This document shows positions 28,765-41,539 of a stretch of 64,000 bases of DNA, in pieces. This stretch comes from Cycas panzhihuaensis (lineage: Eukaryota; Plantae; Cycadophyta). A program made the translations under genes and the position numbers. The number at the start of each line of letters is the position of its first letter. Position 1 is the first letter of the stretch. The DNA lies in NCBI GenBank assembly GCA_023213395.1, contig CM041465.1, positions 47,127,741 to 47,191,740 of the forward strand, given 5' to 3'. The notes beneath the pieces were generated by a model. That model was not told the DNA's origin. It worked only from the letters and a program-made list of their open reading frames with translations, and searched no databases.

Positions 28765-29035
28765 ATGAATTTAAGTGACATTAGTTTTCCTATATTTGAT
28801 GGAAATAACTTTCAACTTTGGAGAACCATAATGAAGGCACACTTTATTTCAAATAACCTTTAGAAATATATAAATGATGGATATGAAGTAAATAATAAAG
28901 AAGATTTTTAAAGGGACAATGAAGCTCTAGCTCTTTTATTTTGTAGCATTGATGATAATGTATTTTATAGTGTTTCTGAAATGACCACATCCAAATCTAT
29001 GTAAAATACTTTAGAATTAATTTATGGGGGAGATA
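28765..29035 (+). pseudogene. gag: Copia gag N-terminal remnant
   Basis: MNLSDISFPIFDGNNFQLWRTIMKAHF...DNEALALLF...LELIYG; homologous to the gag at 56863. Confidence 0.7.
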
Positions 29036-29763
29036 TACCATAGATTTTAATATTACTAATTACATTGATGATGTTTTACCTGTGAGTTAGATGTTAGAGG
29101 ATGTACATTCTAATGAAAAGACTAATGTTACTTATATTAGTATAGATTTCAATAAAAATAATGACTTTAATGTCACATTTGGTAAGATGATATGTATCAT
29201 GGACTCAACTAAAGTAAAGGACAAAGGTCAAGATAAATCCATCTCTATTCATTCAAATCAAGCTGCCTCTACCACACCTACTTGGAAGCTATTCATGTTA
29301 CATAATATCAAAGAGATACACATTATTGAAAGGATGACAAGCTAATGTTGTTGACTATATCAAGGATGTAGACTATCAAGTTAAAGGATAAATATTGAAA
29401 GTTCTTTTCAAGTATAGGTACCACAAGTTTAAGGAGAAATAAATGATGATCATGATGAACATGAAGAGGGAGTATATTGGGGTTAATATTCCTCACCCCA
29501 CTCCCACCTTAGACATATGTGAGTATACATATATCAATGGTAAGTTATGTGAGTTTAATTTTATATTTAGTTATGCATTATTTTATGTTTGTTTAAAATT
29601 TGGAGGTTAAGGAGGTTTCCCTTGTCCCTTATAATTATATATTTTTTAGGTGCATTACCCTAGTGTCTTTTGACACCTCCTTCTAAAGGGGATTTGATAT
29701 ATACTCTTATACAATGACTTGAATAATATGTATTTTTTATCATAATAGATAGACTGTTTAAAC

Positions 29764-32500
29764 GTGACAAAGGATAAACTGTTTAAACTTATCCTTACTT
29801 CATCAAATACCTATGCCTTAAGAACTATAGTCAAATTAGATAGTGACTTATGGCATAGGAGATTTGGATACCTTAACTATAGCAATTTAGCCCTAATGAA
29901 AAGAATGGATATGGTTAATGGGTTACCTAACATCAAAATAGATAAAACCATATGTGAGGGATGCCTACTTGGTAAACAACATAGGGAAAGCTTTCTAGAT
30001 TTTAGTTATCAGGTAACTGGTTCACTTGAACTAGTCTATATAGATATCTGTTGTCCTATGGATGTCCTCTTATTAGTGGATATATACTATTTCATTATAT
30101 TCATTGATTACTACACTAGGAAGACATGGGTATTCTTTCTTAAATTTAAATTGGATATGTTTCAACATTTTGTTGACTTCAATACCTTTGTGGAGCGATA
30201 AAGTGGACATAAACTACTCTCTTTAAGATTTGACAATGGGGGAGAATTTATCTCTAATGAATTTAAAGAATATTATGTACATCATGGGATCAGAAGGTAG
30301 CTCACTAATCTCTGCAGCCCACAATAAAATAGTATAGTAGAAAGGAAAAAGTTGTACCATTGTCAAAATGGCAAGGTGCATGTCAAAGGATAAAAACTTA
30401 GGCCATGAGTTTTGGGCAGAAGCAATTCATACATCTGTCTATCTCCTTAATAGGTACTCCACTAAAGCCCTAAGGTGGAAGAGACCTAAAGAAGCTTGGA
30501 TAAGCTATAAGCCAAATATACATCACTTAAGAGTCTTTGGGTGCCTAGCTTATGCACATGTCCCTGATCAACAAAGATCTAAGTTGGATGACCATAATAT
30601 CAAGTGCATATTTCTTAGCTATAATAAGACTTATAAATCATACAAATTTTATGATCCTAAGTCAAAGAGGGTTATGTTGAGTAGAGATGTTAAATTTTAG
30701 GAAGATGCTTCTTATTAAGATACTCAAGAAAAGAGTAAAGAAGTAGTAATCAATTTTGATAAGTCCACCAAATCAAAGTATGTACCTCTTATGCTTGACT
30801 CTAGACAAGTCATCAATGAACCAAGTAAAGAGGGAACCTTCTCTCAACCTCCACTACAAAATCCTCCAAAATGGATTCAAAGGAATCATGATGTAGGCAA
30901 CATTTTGGATAACAATTAAAGATCTACTTACTCACATAGGGTAAACTTTGCCCCATGAGCAAAGTATTGGAGTCCCATGAGCCTCAAACTTTTGATAAGG
31001 CTAATACACATGTTTCTTGGAGGAAGGTAATGGAAGACAAATATCACTCAATTATTAAAAATGACACTTAGGAATTGGTTAACTTACCTCCAAAAAAAGA
31101 GCAATTGGTACTAAGTGGATCTATAAAACCAAGTTCCACTCTAATGGATTAATTAATAAATACAAAGCTAGATTGGTTGCCAAAGGTTATACACAAAAAG
31201 AAGGCATTAATTACAATGAAACATTTTCTCATATTGCTTGAATGGAAATAGTTCAAATGATGATGAGTTTGGTAGCTCAAATTGGATGGAAAGTCTATCA
31301 AATGGATATCAAAAGTGCTTTCCTCAATGATTATATTGAAGAGGATATCTATGTCTCTCAACCACTCAGTTTTAAAGTCAAGGGAGAAGAAAATAAAGTG
31401 TATAAACTCAAAAAGGCACTTTAAATATTAAAACAAGCATCCATGGCTTGGTATTTCTGAATTGACAAATACTTTAGAGATCAAGGCTTTGAAAGATATC
31501 AAGCAAACCCAAATCTCACATCAAAATCAAGGGAGATTCTATCTTAATTTTAGGACTTTATGTAAATGATCTTATCTATACTAGAAATGACTTCCATCTT
31601 TTGTGAAAATTTAAGGAAAACATGTGTAAGGAGTTTGAAATGATTGATTTGGGATTAATGCTTTACTTCCTAGGTTTGGAGGTATGGTAAGATAAGAATG
31701 ACATCTTTATCTCTTAATAGAAATATACCCTAGATCTATTACAAAAGTTCAAGATGAACGATTATAAATCATTGGCAACTCTAGCAGAAATAGGAATTAA
31801 GATTTTTAAATTGGATGACTCTATACTAATTGATCCTACACTTTATAAACAGTTAATTAGTAGTTTGATCTACTTGATATCCACTCAACTAGACATAACA
31901 TATTCAGTTAGTATTATATTTAGATTCATGTAAGACCTAAAGACTAATTGTGAAGTAGCCAAAAGAATTCTTCGTTATCTTAAAGGCACTTCAAAATATG
32001 GTCTTTAATATAAGGCTTCATCAAACTTTTGATTGATATGCTATATAGATTCAAATTAAGCAAGCAATATCGATGATAGAAAATCAACTTCAGGTTACAT
32101 GTTTAGCATGGGTTCGACAGTTATAGCATGGAGCACTAAGAAACAAAATATAGTTTCCTTATCTACAACTAAAGCAGAATATAAAGCAGCAGTTACTGGC
32201 ACCTATGAAATAGTATGGTTAAGAAGACTATTGAAAGACTTTTAGCTAAAACAGAAAGGGCCTACAAAAATTTGATTTGATAATTAGAGTAAAATATAGA
32301 TAGAAAAGAACCTAGTTTTCCATGATAGAACGAAATATATTGAGACGCAACATCACTTTGTTTAAGGGCTAGTATAAGCAAGAGAAATTGAATTCACTTA
32401 TTGTAGTACTGAAGACCAAGCAACAAATATTTTCATGAAAGCATTAGGTAAAATCAAATTTCAAAAATTTAGAGACAAATTGGGGGTTCTTAACATCCGT
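29764..32500 (+). pseudogene. pol: Copia pol remnant (GAG-pre-integrase, integrase, RT, RNase H) of element C
   Basis: [62 protein letters not shown] and DDRKSTSGY in Copia order, with many stops and frameshifts. Confidence 0.92.
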
Positions 32501-35500
32501 CATTATGGAGGAGAATGTTGGGATAATGCCTAATTAATTAATGTAAGTATGTACCTAGAGCCCTTTAATTCCACCTTAGGCCTCCTTAGGACACCTCAGG
32601 CCACCTAATATCATCGAGTAGTTGCCAATAGCTATCAAAGGAGATGGAATAGCCACCACAAGTAAGTATTCAATTAATTATTTAATATTTTAATATTATT
32701 TTTTTATTTTAAACATTATTAAGTAGAGGCACTTGATGCCTCCTCAAAATGTTCTATTTATAGGTGGGGAACACCTCCCTAGTATTTTTTAACACCACTA
32801 ACTCATATTTTAGAAAATTTTACACTTTGTAATGATATTTACTCATCTGTAATCCTCCCACACTGTACCTCAAAGGCAATAGTAGAACATCAGAGAGTGG
32901 AACTTTATAAAACTTATATAGACCATTTTCCTTATATCATGTAGTAATTAATTGACCTATAACATGATTAGTAATGGTAAAAACATCTTGGATGAAGAGA
33001 ATATTAAGGTTTTACTTCTCTTTTTAGCTGACTAATAGCAACTTCTATTTTATGCTAGGTACTAGGAGAATGTCACTAATGTGATGCCAAACATTGGAGT
33101 TCTTTAAGACAATGGGGGCTCTACTAATCTTGGTCATATCATAGGTGAGATTATCTCTAAAGGTAATTATTTAAGCTCTTATAGGATGAGTGTCCTTAAG
33201 CAAATATTTAGTACCAGTCATATAATGAGTGGCACCTAAATCTATCAACTAAGAATTATCATTATGATGAGATAATAAGGTTGCAAAGAACATGTTTTTA
33301 GAGTTGGCCTAAGAATTGGATACATTACCTTCTTATTGTGCGTTCTTCTTATTCCTTTGATTTCTTGGATGGTTTCTCTATTATCTCCTATTATATTATT
33401 CTTGATTTTGATTTCTCCTTTGGCTTCTATTTTGTTAGAAGTTTTTTCCCCCTTGTTAGCTACTTTGATTTTACATGAGGTGCAGGTCAACTTATCTTTT
33501 CCTGTAGTCTAGTGCAAGGTGCCTAGTTTTTCCATAAAATAAGTAGGTGATATTTCATATTTGCTATTGATTTCTAGATAATTGTGGCTATTATTATTAT
33601 TGATTAAGGTTTAAAGTACCAAATTACTGAGCTAAGGGTCATTATTGAAGTGGTTGCTAACGTGCCTAGTGATGTGGCTAGTTCCTCTAATTTTTTTTTT
33701 ATACAAATATAAGAGTAGAGTTAGAAGTGAATGCCACTCCTTAGTCATTTAGAATACTCTTTCCTCTAAGTAATAGTCCTTCTAAGGTGTTAAAGTCTAT
33801 TATGGAAAATTCATCAAATAGATGAGAGACAAAGCTATTATATTGAGGGAGAAGGATGTTGACAATACTTGATATTAAGTCATGGTTAGAGAGAGGGGCA
33901 CCAAGGGTGTTAAGTTGGTTCCTAAAGTCTTGACTTCAATAAAGTGAGAGGTAATGGAACTAGAAAAAGGAATGGAAAATAGGTCAACTTTTAAGGTGAT
34001 TGATCTTGACTTTTTTTTTCCCTTATAAAGGGAGAATATAGTACTTCAAGCTTTATGTGAGATATTAGCAGTTTTAATATTTTGGTCAACTTAGTATTCA
34101 ACTAGAAGATAAAGGAAGAAGAGGATAATATTGTCTTTTTCCTTACATGTAGTTAGGATAATAGGATTAAGAGGAATTTCTTGGTTTGTATTATTTGGGT
34201 CCTTGGTAAGCATTAGTTTAATAATATCACTATTCACATAAGCCTAATAACCATTCATAATTAATAGGTTTTTATCTTGTTTCTTCCAAGCCAACAAATT
34301 ATTACTTCCACTTAGTTAAATGGTGTTTAACACTAACATTTAAGCTGCCATGTTTATGTGTCTTTTTGACTTATCTACCTAATGGGCTACCAAACTAAAA
34401 TGCTATAGTTTTAATGGGTCTCTAGGAAGCCCTCTATTACTATTATGGCTAGTGGTGGCTTCCTAGAGGTGGTAGTTTATGGACTTTATATACTTTGGTA
34501 CATGAGTAAGTTAAGATCTATATACCTAGGTACATGAGCATAGAAGGTTAATGTGCCTCTCTAACACTATTTATCCACTTGTATTAGGTTTATGTTGAGT
34601 GACAAATCTAGTGAAGGACTACTAACCAAGGCACTCACCCTTTTCAGGTCTAACCTAGTCTCTAAACTCTAAGGAAATGGTTTACACCTCAACTTGCCAC
34701 TTAATACACCTTATAGATAATGACTTTCTCTAACATCCACATAGTTTGAGAAAAAGAAATATATGTGTGGAGTGGTAACTTTAGGAGTCCTAATTGTTTC
34801 CCGATTGAAAAAGTTTTTATTATTCAATTTAGAATTATCTTTTTTAATCTTTAACGTTTAAAATTCTTTTTTAAATATGGTATTACTTAAATGCAAGGGA
34901 TCTTTTTAAGAAAAAATAAGGATACAAAAAAGGAAATAGAAATAAATAACAAGAGGTAGGGTTTAGGATGCTCAAAGAAGGGACCATGCTTGCAAGATAA
35001 AAGCAAACTTCTTTACATAAGTAGAGCACTTACAACCATAATTCCAATATAAATGTTGACCAAAAATTAGGCAGAAAAGATAATAAGATAAATGTGAGCA
35101 ATAAATAATATTAAAATCCCTCTATAAAGGTGTGAAATAAGTCTTCAATTGATGAAATATGACTTTAAAAGCACACAAAAAAGGGTTAAATTTAATAGAT
35201 TTAAAAGCCCTAAAATCTATCCAAATAGGTCTAAAATTAGCTCTAGGCTATAGAGCTCTAAATTAGGATTCTAGTGAATATCATAGATTGAAAAAAAGAC
35301 ACTCTAGCATAAAGATATTATAAAAATAGTGATACACCACCTTAAGCAATAAAAAATGAAATATAAAGGCCTTAAACCTCCTTAATGGAGAAGCCCATGG
35401 TCACCGAGGTTTGACCAGGTAGGATTAAAATCATTTGAAATCTCCAATATAGGAGTCTATTAACTTGAAGATCATATATAATGGATCCATAGGGTAGGGG

Positions 35501-37353
35501 ACATCACTCACATGGCATGTAGTATTGTTAAGGGATTAAGTGAGGGCTATAAACTGATAAAGAGTGGTAGCTAGGTGGAGAGCAACATGATTATAAGACA
35601 ATCATAGGAGTATGATTGAAGAACTACATAGTCACGATAGTCACACTGGACATGAAGACAGAGGAGACATACTCATAGGACATAATGGAGAGTCTCATAT
35701 GCATGAGTTCAATGCTTTTTATCATACATCTCTTGATAAATAGATTTAGTATATACCTTTCATCAATTTCAAATAAACTATCATTATAAGAGTGTCCTGA
35801 CTATCAACCACCTTTCTTCTTCCCACCAACCACCAAGAAGATTAAAAAATAGGAGTCTACAATAAAACTTCTTAGGTGATCATTAAAGATTCCTTCGTTT
35901 AACTTGAGAAAAATGTAAATTTTTCCCATGGAGGAAATAATCATTACTAAATTTCTTTAAGTTTAATTATCATAGGATTAATATTTAACATTCAACTTTA
36001 TAATTACTAAAACATCTTTAAATCTTTAACTTTTATAAGCATCTACAACTTCTTCTTTTCTTTTATTAGTATTGGATATATGAGATCTTTCAATCTTCTT
36101 ACTCCAATAAAGAATCACTACTTTATTTCTTTTCTTTTTTTTTTCTTTTTCCAAGTTCTAGCCTTATACATGGTTTGCTTGGTCTTGATATTACTCAAGT
36201 AATCTATTTTTATCTTCCTCAAAGAGTCTTCTTGATTTCTATACTTAATGTAACCTCTTGGAGAATCACCAAGCCTATTCCCTAGCACTTAGTTTTCATA
36301 TCTATTGCATAGTTTCATCCTACATAATTCAACAAATAGAATCTTTTATGGTAATAATACCAAAATGACAAGCTTCTAAGGCACATAAGGTTCTCAAATG
36401 TGTCATGCCAAAATAAAGGATATACACCTATGAATTATGAATGTTCATAAATCTACATTTGCCAAATCTTAATCATAGGAATAGAAACTAATATTCTATG
36501 ATTGAAGTATCCTCACACAATTCTATTCTTTCAACTATATCACTAATTTTCTCAAAAGCAGTACAAGTGGTTCAAGCAAAATCTAAATTTACACAAGACT
36601 TAACTATGAAGGGTATCCTATACCATAGGTTATGCACTTATAGCTATAGAGAATTATTTTATCCTAATCTAGTACGGTTGGAGTTTAGATTATTGGATGA
36701 TTACAAGTTGAAGTTCCTTAGAGAAAATCCCTTTTATTTTATTTCATTTCACAAAAGTATATTTATACTTGTGTTGGAAATGATTGGAGCCAACTAAAAG
36801 ATAACTACAAATCTTTCTAAGGCCCTCACATAACAAAAAAATAATAATAGAAAATGTTTATGACATTTTCTATTATGTGCAGTCATGGATAGATTTTCCT
36901 TCAAATTGAACTAAAGGGAAGTTCCCTTCAAATCCACTAAAGGGGCAACAAAACTCATAAATAACTAATGATCTTTAAATGAAATTAAAGGGACTTATTA
37001 TTTCCATTATTTGAACTTTTTTTGATACATTTATAATAAAATATAGACACTTCAAAAAACCCTTTATATTGTATTACTTTAAGACTTACGAGTTACGAAT
37101 TGTTCAAAGTAACATATAAAACAAGGGCTTAATAAGATAAAATGATTATAAAATTAGGCATAAATGAGGCCCAATTCGAGGCTCATAAACTAGTTTTAAG
37201 AATTTAACATAATCAAGTGGAAGAAGATGAGTGCAATCACAAAATTGAGTGCATAAAATTATTAAAAATACTATCCTTAGAGATAAGCATTAGAATATAT
37301 GAAAAACTAATAATGGTAATATTAAAAGTGAACTGGTCCATTAATGAAGAAAG

Positions 37354-37489
<136 letters not shown>

Positions 37490-40400
37490 GTCTGGGGGAT
37501 AACCTACCCACAATTCTACTCAAACAAGAAACTAGTGCCTTCAATAGCCAACAAATCAAACCAAAAAAAGAGTTGAGAAAAACTTAAGGCATACATACAC
37601 TTATTAGTAAAGAATGACACCAAATTTAGCTCAAGAGACATAACAATTCCAAATGTTGAGGACTAATTAGGTGAAAATCTAGAATGTTGATCATAAAAAA
37701 ATGCCTATGGAAAGATGACCATGCATGATTCATATGGCATTAAAGAAGCAACAATAAAGTCTAGTAACTCATAAATAGAAGATAACCTAGGGTAATAAAA
37801 TAGGTTAAATAATTCAACCAATAGATCATCTAGAAAAGTTATATCATTCTCACCAACCTCAAAGAGGGTATCAATGAATGAAGTAAAAGAAATAAGCAAA
37901 GTAACTCTTCATTCTTAGTAAAGTAAATGGAAATAACTATAGGGAAGCATCAAATAATTAAATATCAAATTGAGAAAGTGAATAGACCATATGGACTTTA
38001 AATCACATATTAGGATCTAAGTGTAAACTCAAATGGATAAATACACAAACATCAAAGAATGATTGATAGACAAAATGGGTTGAATGTTGTTGAGCCAAAC
38101 CATTACATGAATACTTTGTCTCTTGTGAACCAACAAATGTTAAATTGAAAGTTAAAGGTGAATATGCATGTGCTAATAAAAGATGAGAGACAATGGCGAG
38201 AGCCTTATACTAAGGTGTTATATGAGTCTCCACTTTAAAAAGGGGTATAAAATAATAAATCCCAATCAATATCAACAAATAGAACTATGTGTGAATTAGT
38301 GATGATATCAACCATTATAGGTTGGAACTTAGAGAAATTATGTTATGGATGACTTATTAAAATTAATTAATTAATGTTAGTAAAAAAAAATCATATCATT
38401 TAGGGGAAAAACCTTTGGGCCAATATAAAAACATCTTTACTATGTACATTTATTATCATGTTTATCAATATTATTTTATTTGGAGTTTCTCTATAATTCT
38501 TGCCTTCTATTATTTATTTATGTTGAATCATCCTATAGTGGTATATGAACAAGGTAAGTTAATTATATTCAATAAATTTGTAAGAGAATGGGGCAAATTG
38601 CTAAGGGAATCATAATCTTAGTGTAGAGGCATCCATTTAATATCTTATCCAAATAAGGAGAGCACAATAATAAAGGCATCTCATCTAGCAAATGGAATGA
38701 CTAGCCTAATATGGTGAAGACATAGTGAGGGTATTGTAGAATCAAATGATCATTATGATTTGGTAAAGAAAAGGATATTGTGGTACAGTAGGATCATCTT
38801 AATCTAGTGAATAACTAGTGAGGATGTCATAAGCAAGATTTACAATCAAGGGTTGAAGATCTATGAAGGGCATTCTAAGAGAGAAACTAGAAGGGCATAA
38901 TTACAATATAAAGAGGGAATGGGAAGGCACTGAATCCACATGTAAGGTTCTATGGGGGATATATAGACACAATTCTAATATGATATTTATAAAGGAAGGA
39001 AGTTTTCCCATACAATTTAGATTTATAATCTACTAGGCAATCTATGACATCCATGCAAGGTAGGGATGCACCTACCACTATACTAATAAATATGGCTATT
39101 CATCACTTGTGTGGGTGCCTATACCCACCTAAAAGAAATTAAGAATTTTTGTTGGTAACACATTCATTATCATGGCACCCAATACGTAATATATACATCA
39201 CATATTCTGAAGAAATACGCATTTTGGTGCTCAAATTTTGAATAATGAATACTTTCTATTTCTTATTGATTTATTTACTTTATTTTAGTCATTCTTCCAA
39301 GGGGCACTATATAATTCCTAGCTATAACCTTTGTGTGGGGTGTTAATTTTTTGCACTATCAGTCTTATTGAAATCTACATTCATCAACCTTTAAAACAAG
39401 CGGTCATAAAAGATATTTTAGAGTCATATAACCTTAACTTTTAAATCTTAGAAATTACAAAAGAAATGATAGAGTTCTTGATTGACTCTATAATTTTTGT
39501 CTTAATCAATTTTCCTATTATGATCTGTGATCTTGTTTTTAAATTCAATCTCTCATCATAATTCAAAGTAGTAGAAAAGTTATATTGATAGATGAAATAG
39601 GTTCAATCCCTTTCATACTCAGTAAATATGACTTTGTTTTTCTAGTCCTAATCAAATAAAATGGCCTCATGAATATTTCATGCCTTCATAATATTCTTAT
39701 TAAATCATCATTAATGGCTTAATAATCAAACATAAATTTTTATTTTCTCTTGCCCATTTAATATTTAATATTCTTTTAAATCCTTAAAGTTTTGCCACAT
39801 GGCATAATAATGTCATATCTCCCTTCATCACCAAATATATGCTACATACTTAATACCATTATAATAATTCATCTTGTGTGCCATATACCTTTATTAACAT
39901 TATTAAAGAATACCTATTAATATGTTACTTAATATTCTGTTCTTACTACCTATTTTGTTTCACTAATAGAATACTACCATCATTTTGGAAGTGAATCTTA
40001 ATCTAAGAGACTCACAAAAGCCTCCATAATGGTTCATAAGTGATAGCAAATACTCAAGTAGGACACTCATAAAATCCTTCACTAATGAATAATGAACTTC
40101 TCTAGTGTATTACTTTCATAGGGTGGTCAATCCTAGTTAAGCAATCTTTTATGGATAAACTTCAAATACATCTACATATTCTATAGAAAGTGTGCATAAT
40201 ATTGATAATAAATATATATAATAAAGTCAATATATTATACCATCAATATTGTTGTAATTCATCATATGACTTTCATCTATATATGGGTTCATCTGGCTTG
40301 ATCTTTTTTATCTTCATCTAGCCCTTAGATCTCAATCATATATCATTGGCATTATTGGCATATTTAGAATTTTAGCTCATCATATTTATCTCATAATTGG

Positions 40401-40570
40401 CTTGTGTATTGACACTATAATTGATTCATAGTAGCTCATCACATTAGATCGTATAAGCTTCTTTCCTACGACATAACCAACCATGGCTCTGATACCATGT
40501 TAGAATTTATAATTACACTCTAATACCATATTAGAAATATAAAGTATAATACAATAGAATTATAATATAC

Positions 40571-40613
40571 ATCTATATCTATATCTATCTATCTGACTAT
40601 TTATCTATCTATG

Positions 40614-40647
<34 letters not shown>

Positions 40648-40700
40648 GTGTGTGTGTGTGTGTGTATATATATGCATGTATGTATGTATGTATATATATA
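40571..40700. repeat. Compound microsatellite (ATCT/TA/GT/ATGT) inside the LTR
   Basis: Directly visible. Confidence 0.9.
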
Positions 40701-40741
40701 ATGATAGAATTATCTAATGAGATATGTCTATATATAAAGGA

Positions 40742-40909
40742 TAAACATAAATATGAAGTAAATAACATCACAAAGCATGTACCATAATAGAGATACTATA
40801 TTTATACATGGAAAATCTAGTGTAGTAAACATAAATATGAAGTAAATAACATCACAAAGCATGCACCATAATAGAGATACTATATTTATACATGGAAAAT
40901 CTAGTGTAG
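40742..40909. repeat. 84-bp tandem duplication with one mismatch
   Basis: TAAACATAAATATGAAG...CTAGTGTAG at 40742-40825 and 40826-40909 (GTACC vs GCACC). Confidence 0.95.
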
Positions 40910-41539
40910 AAAAAACCACAAAAGAAGGTAGAGTTTGAAGCTCCTTTTAATGATAAGAATAAGTACATCTCAAGGTCCTTGACCTTTATCAAGTTCTTAA
41001 GTAGTGTGTATATATATTTATAGAAATGTTCACCTTATGAGTAGCCTATTATGTCTCTTGTTTCTTTACATCATCCAATAGCATATTTATATAGATATGT
41101 GTGTATCTCACATATCTCAATATATGTGAATGGTAGACTTATATATGTGTCCATCATTAACATTAAATATTATATATATGAATAATTCACATATTCTAAT
41201 AATATTATAACTAATAAATTAGCTACTATATTAGTAAATTCTAAGGATATACATTTAGAGGGAAAAATAAAAAGTTTTATTGGCAAAACCTGAGATAAAG
41301 TTGATGAAAAGGAATTGACTGCAACCATTAAATCACCTAATATCAAGTAGGATTGCCTAATAAAACACTATGGAAATACCTATGTGACTATAAAAATCTA
41401 ATGCTTGAGGAGAATAAAGTCATAGTATTTCATATGTATTTCAATTACTCATAATCTATACACTTATAAAATAAGAAATAATTTAAAAGGGCAGTAATCT
41501 GATGTCTCAACTTAAAACATGAATCATACAAACTAAGGA

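Larger units (their letters stand above)
25474..32872 (+). mobile_element. Element C: Ty1/Copia nested antisense in B
   Basis: Direct repeats 25474-~25829 and 32516-32872 (TGTT(A/G)GGATAATG...). PPT GGAGGAGAA before 32516. Removing a 5-bp duplication restores the host reading frame, although the two flanks (GTGGA/AAGGC) no longer match well. Confidence 0.85.
23371..34920 (-). mobile_element. Element B: decayed Ty1/Copia, interrupted by element C; 5' LTR not found
   Basis: 3' LTR 23371-23750 with PPT TAAGGGAGGG (23751-23760). RNase H tail joined to RT N-terminus (ORF 23912..24112). Integrase ~24500-25200; GAG-pre-integrase 25200-25473, resuming at 32873. Protease LIDLGATHYMTG ~33215-33250; gag ATG at 34351. 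Confidence 0.8.
39350..41201 (-). mobile_element. 5' end of an LTR retrotransposon: LTR 40498-41201, tRNA-iMet PBS and degraded gag-like region
   Basis: GGCTCTGATACCA (40485-40497) is the reverse complement of the PBS TGGTATCAGAGCC and abuts TGTTAGAAT. The other end ATTCTAATA (41193-41201) forms the terminal inverted repeat. Extent of the internal region is approximate. Confidence 0.7.

Noticed and set aside
36000-36800. Possible degraded coding sequence on the minus strand
   Set aside because: No family motif could be recognised with confidence.
38400-39185. Possible LTR with PBS-like TGGCACCCAA at ~39173
   Set aside because: PBS match is partial and not adjacent to a clear LTR end; no second LTR.
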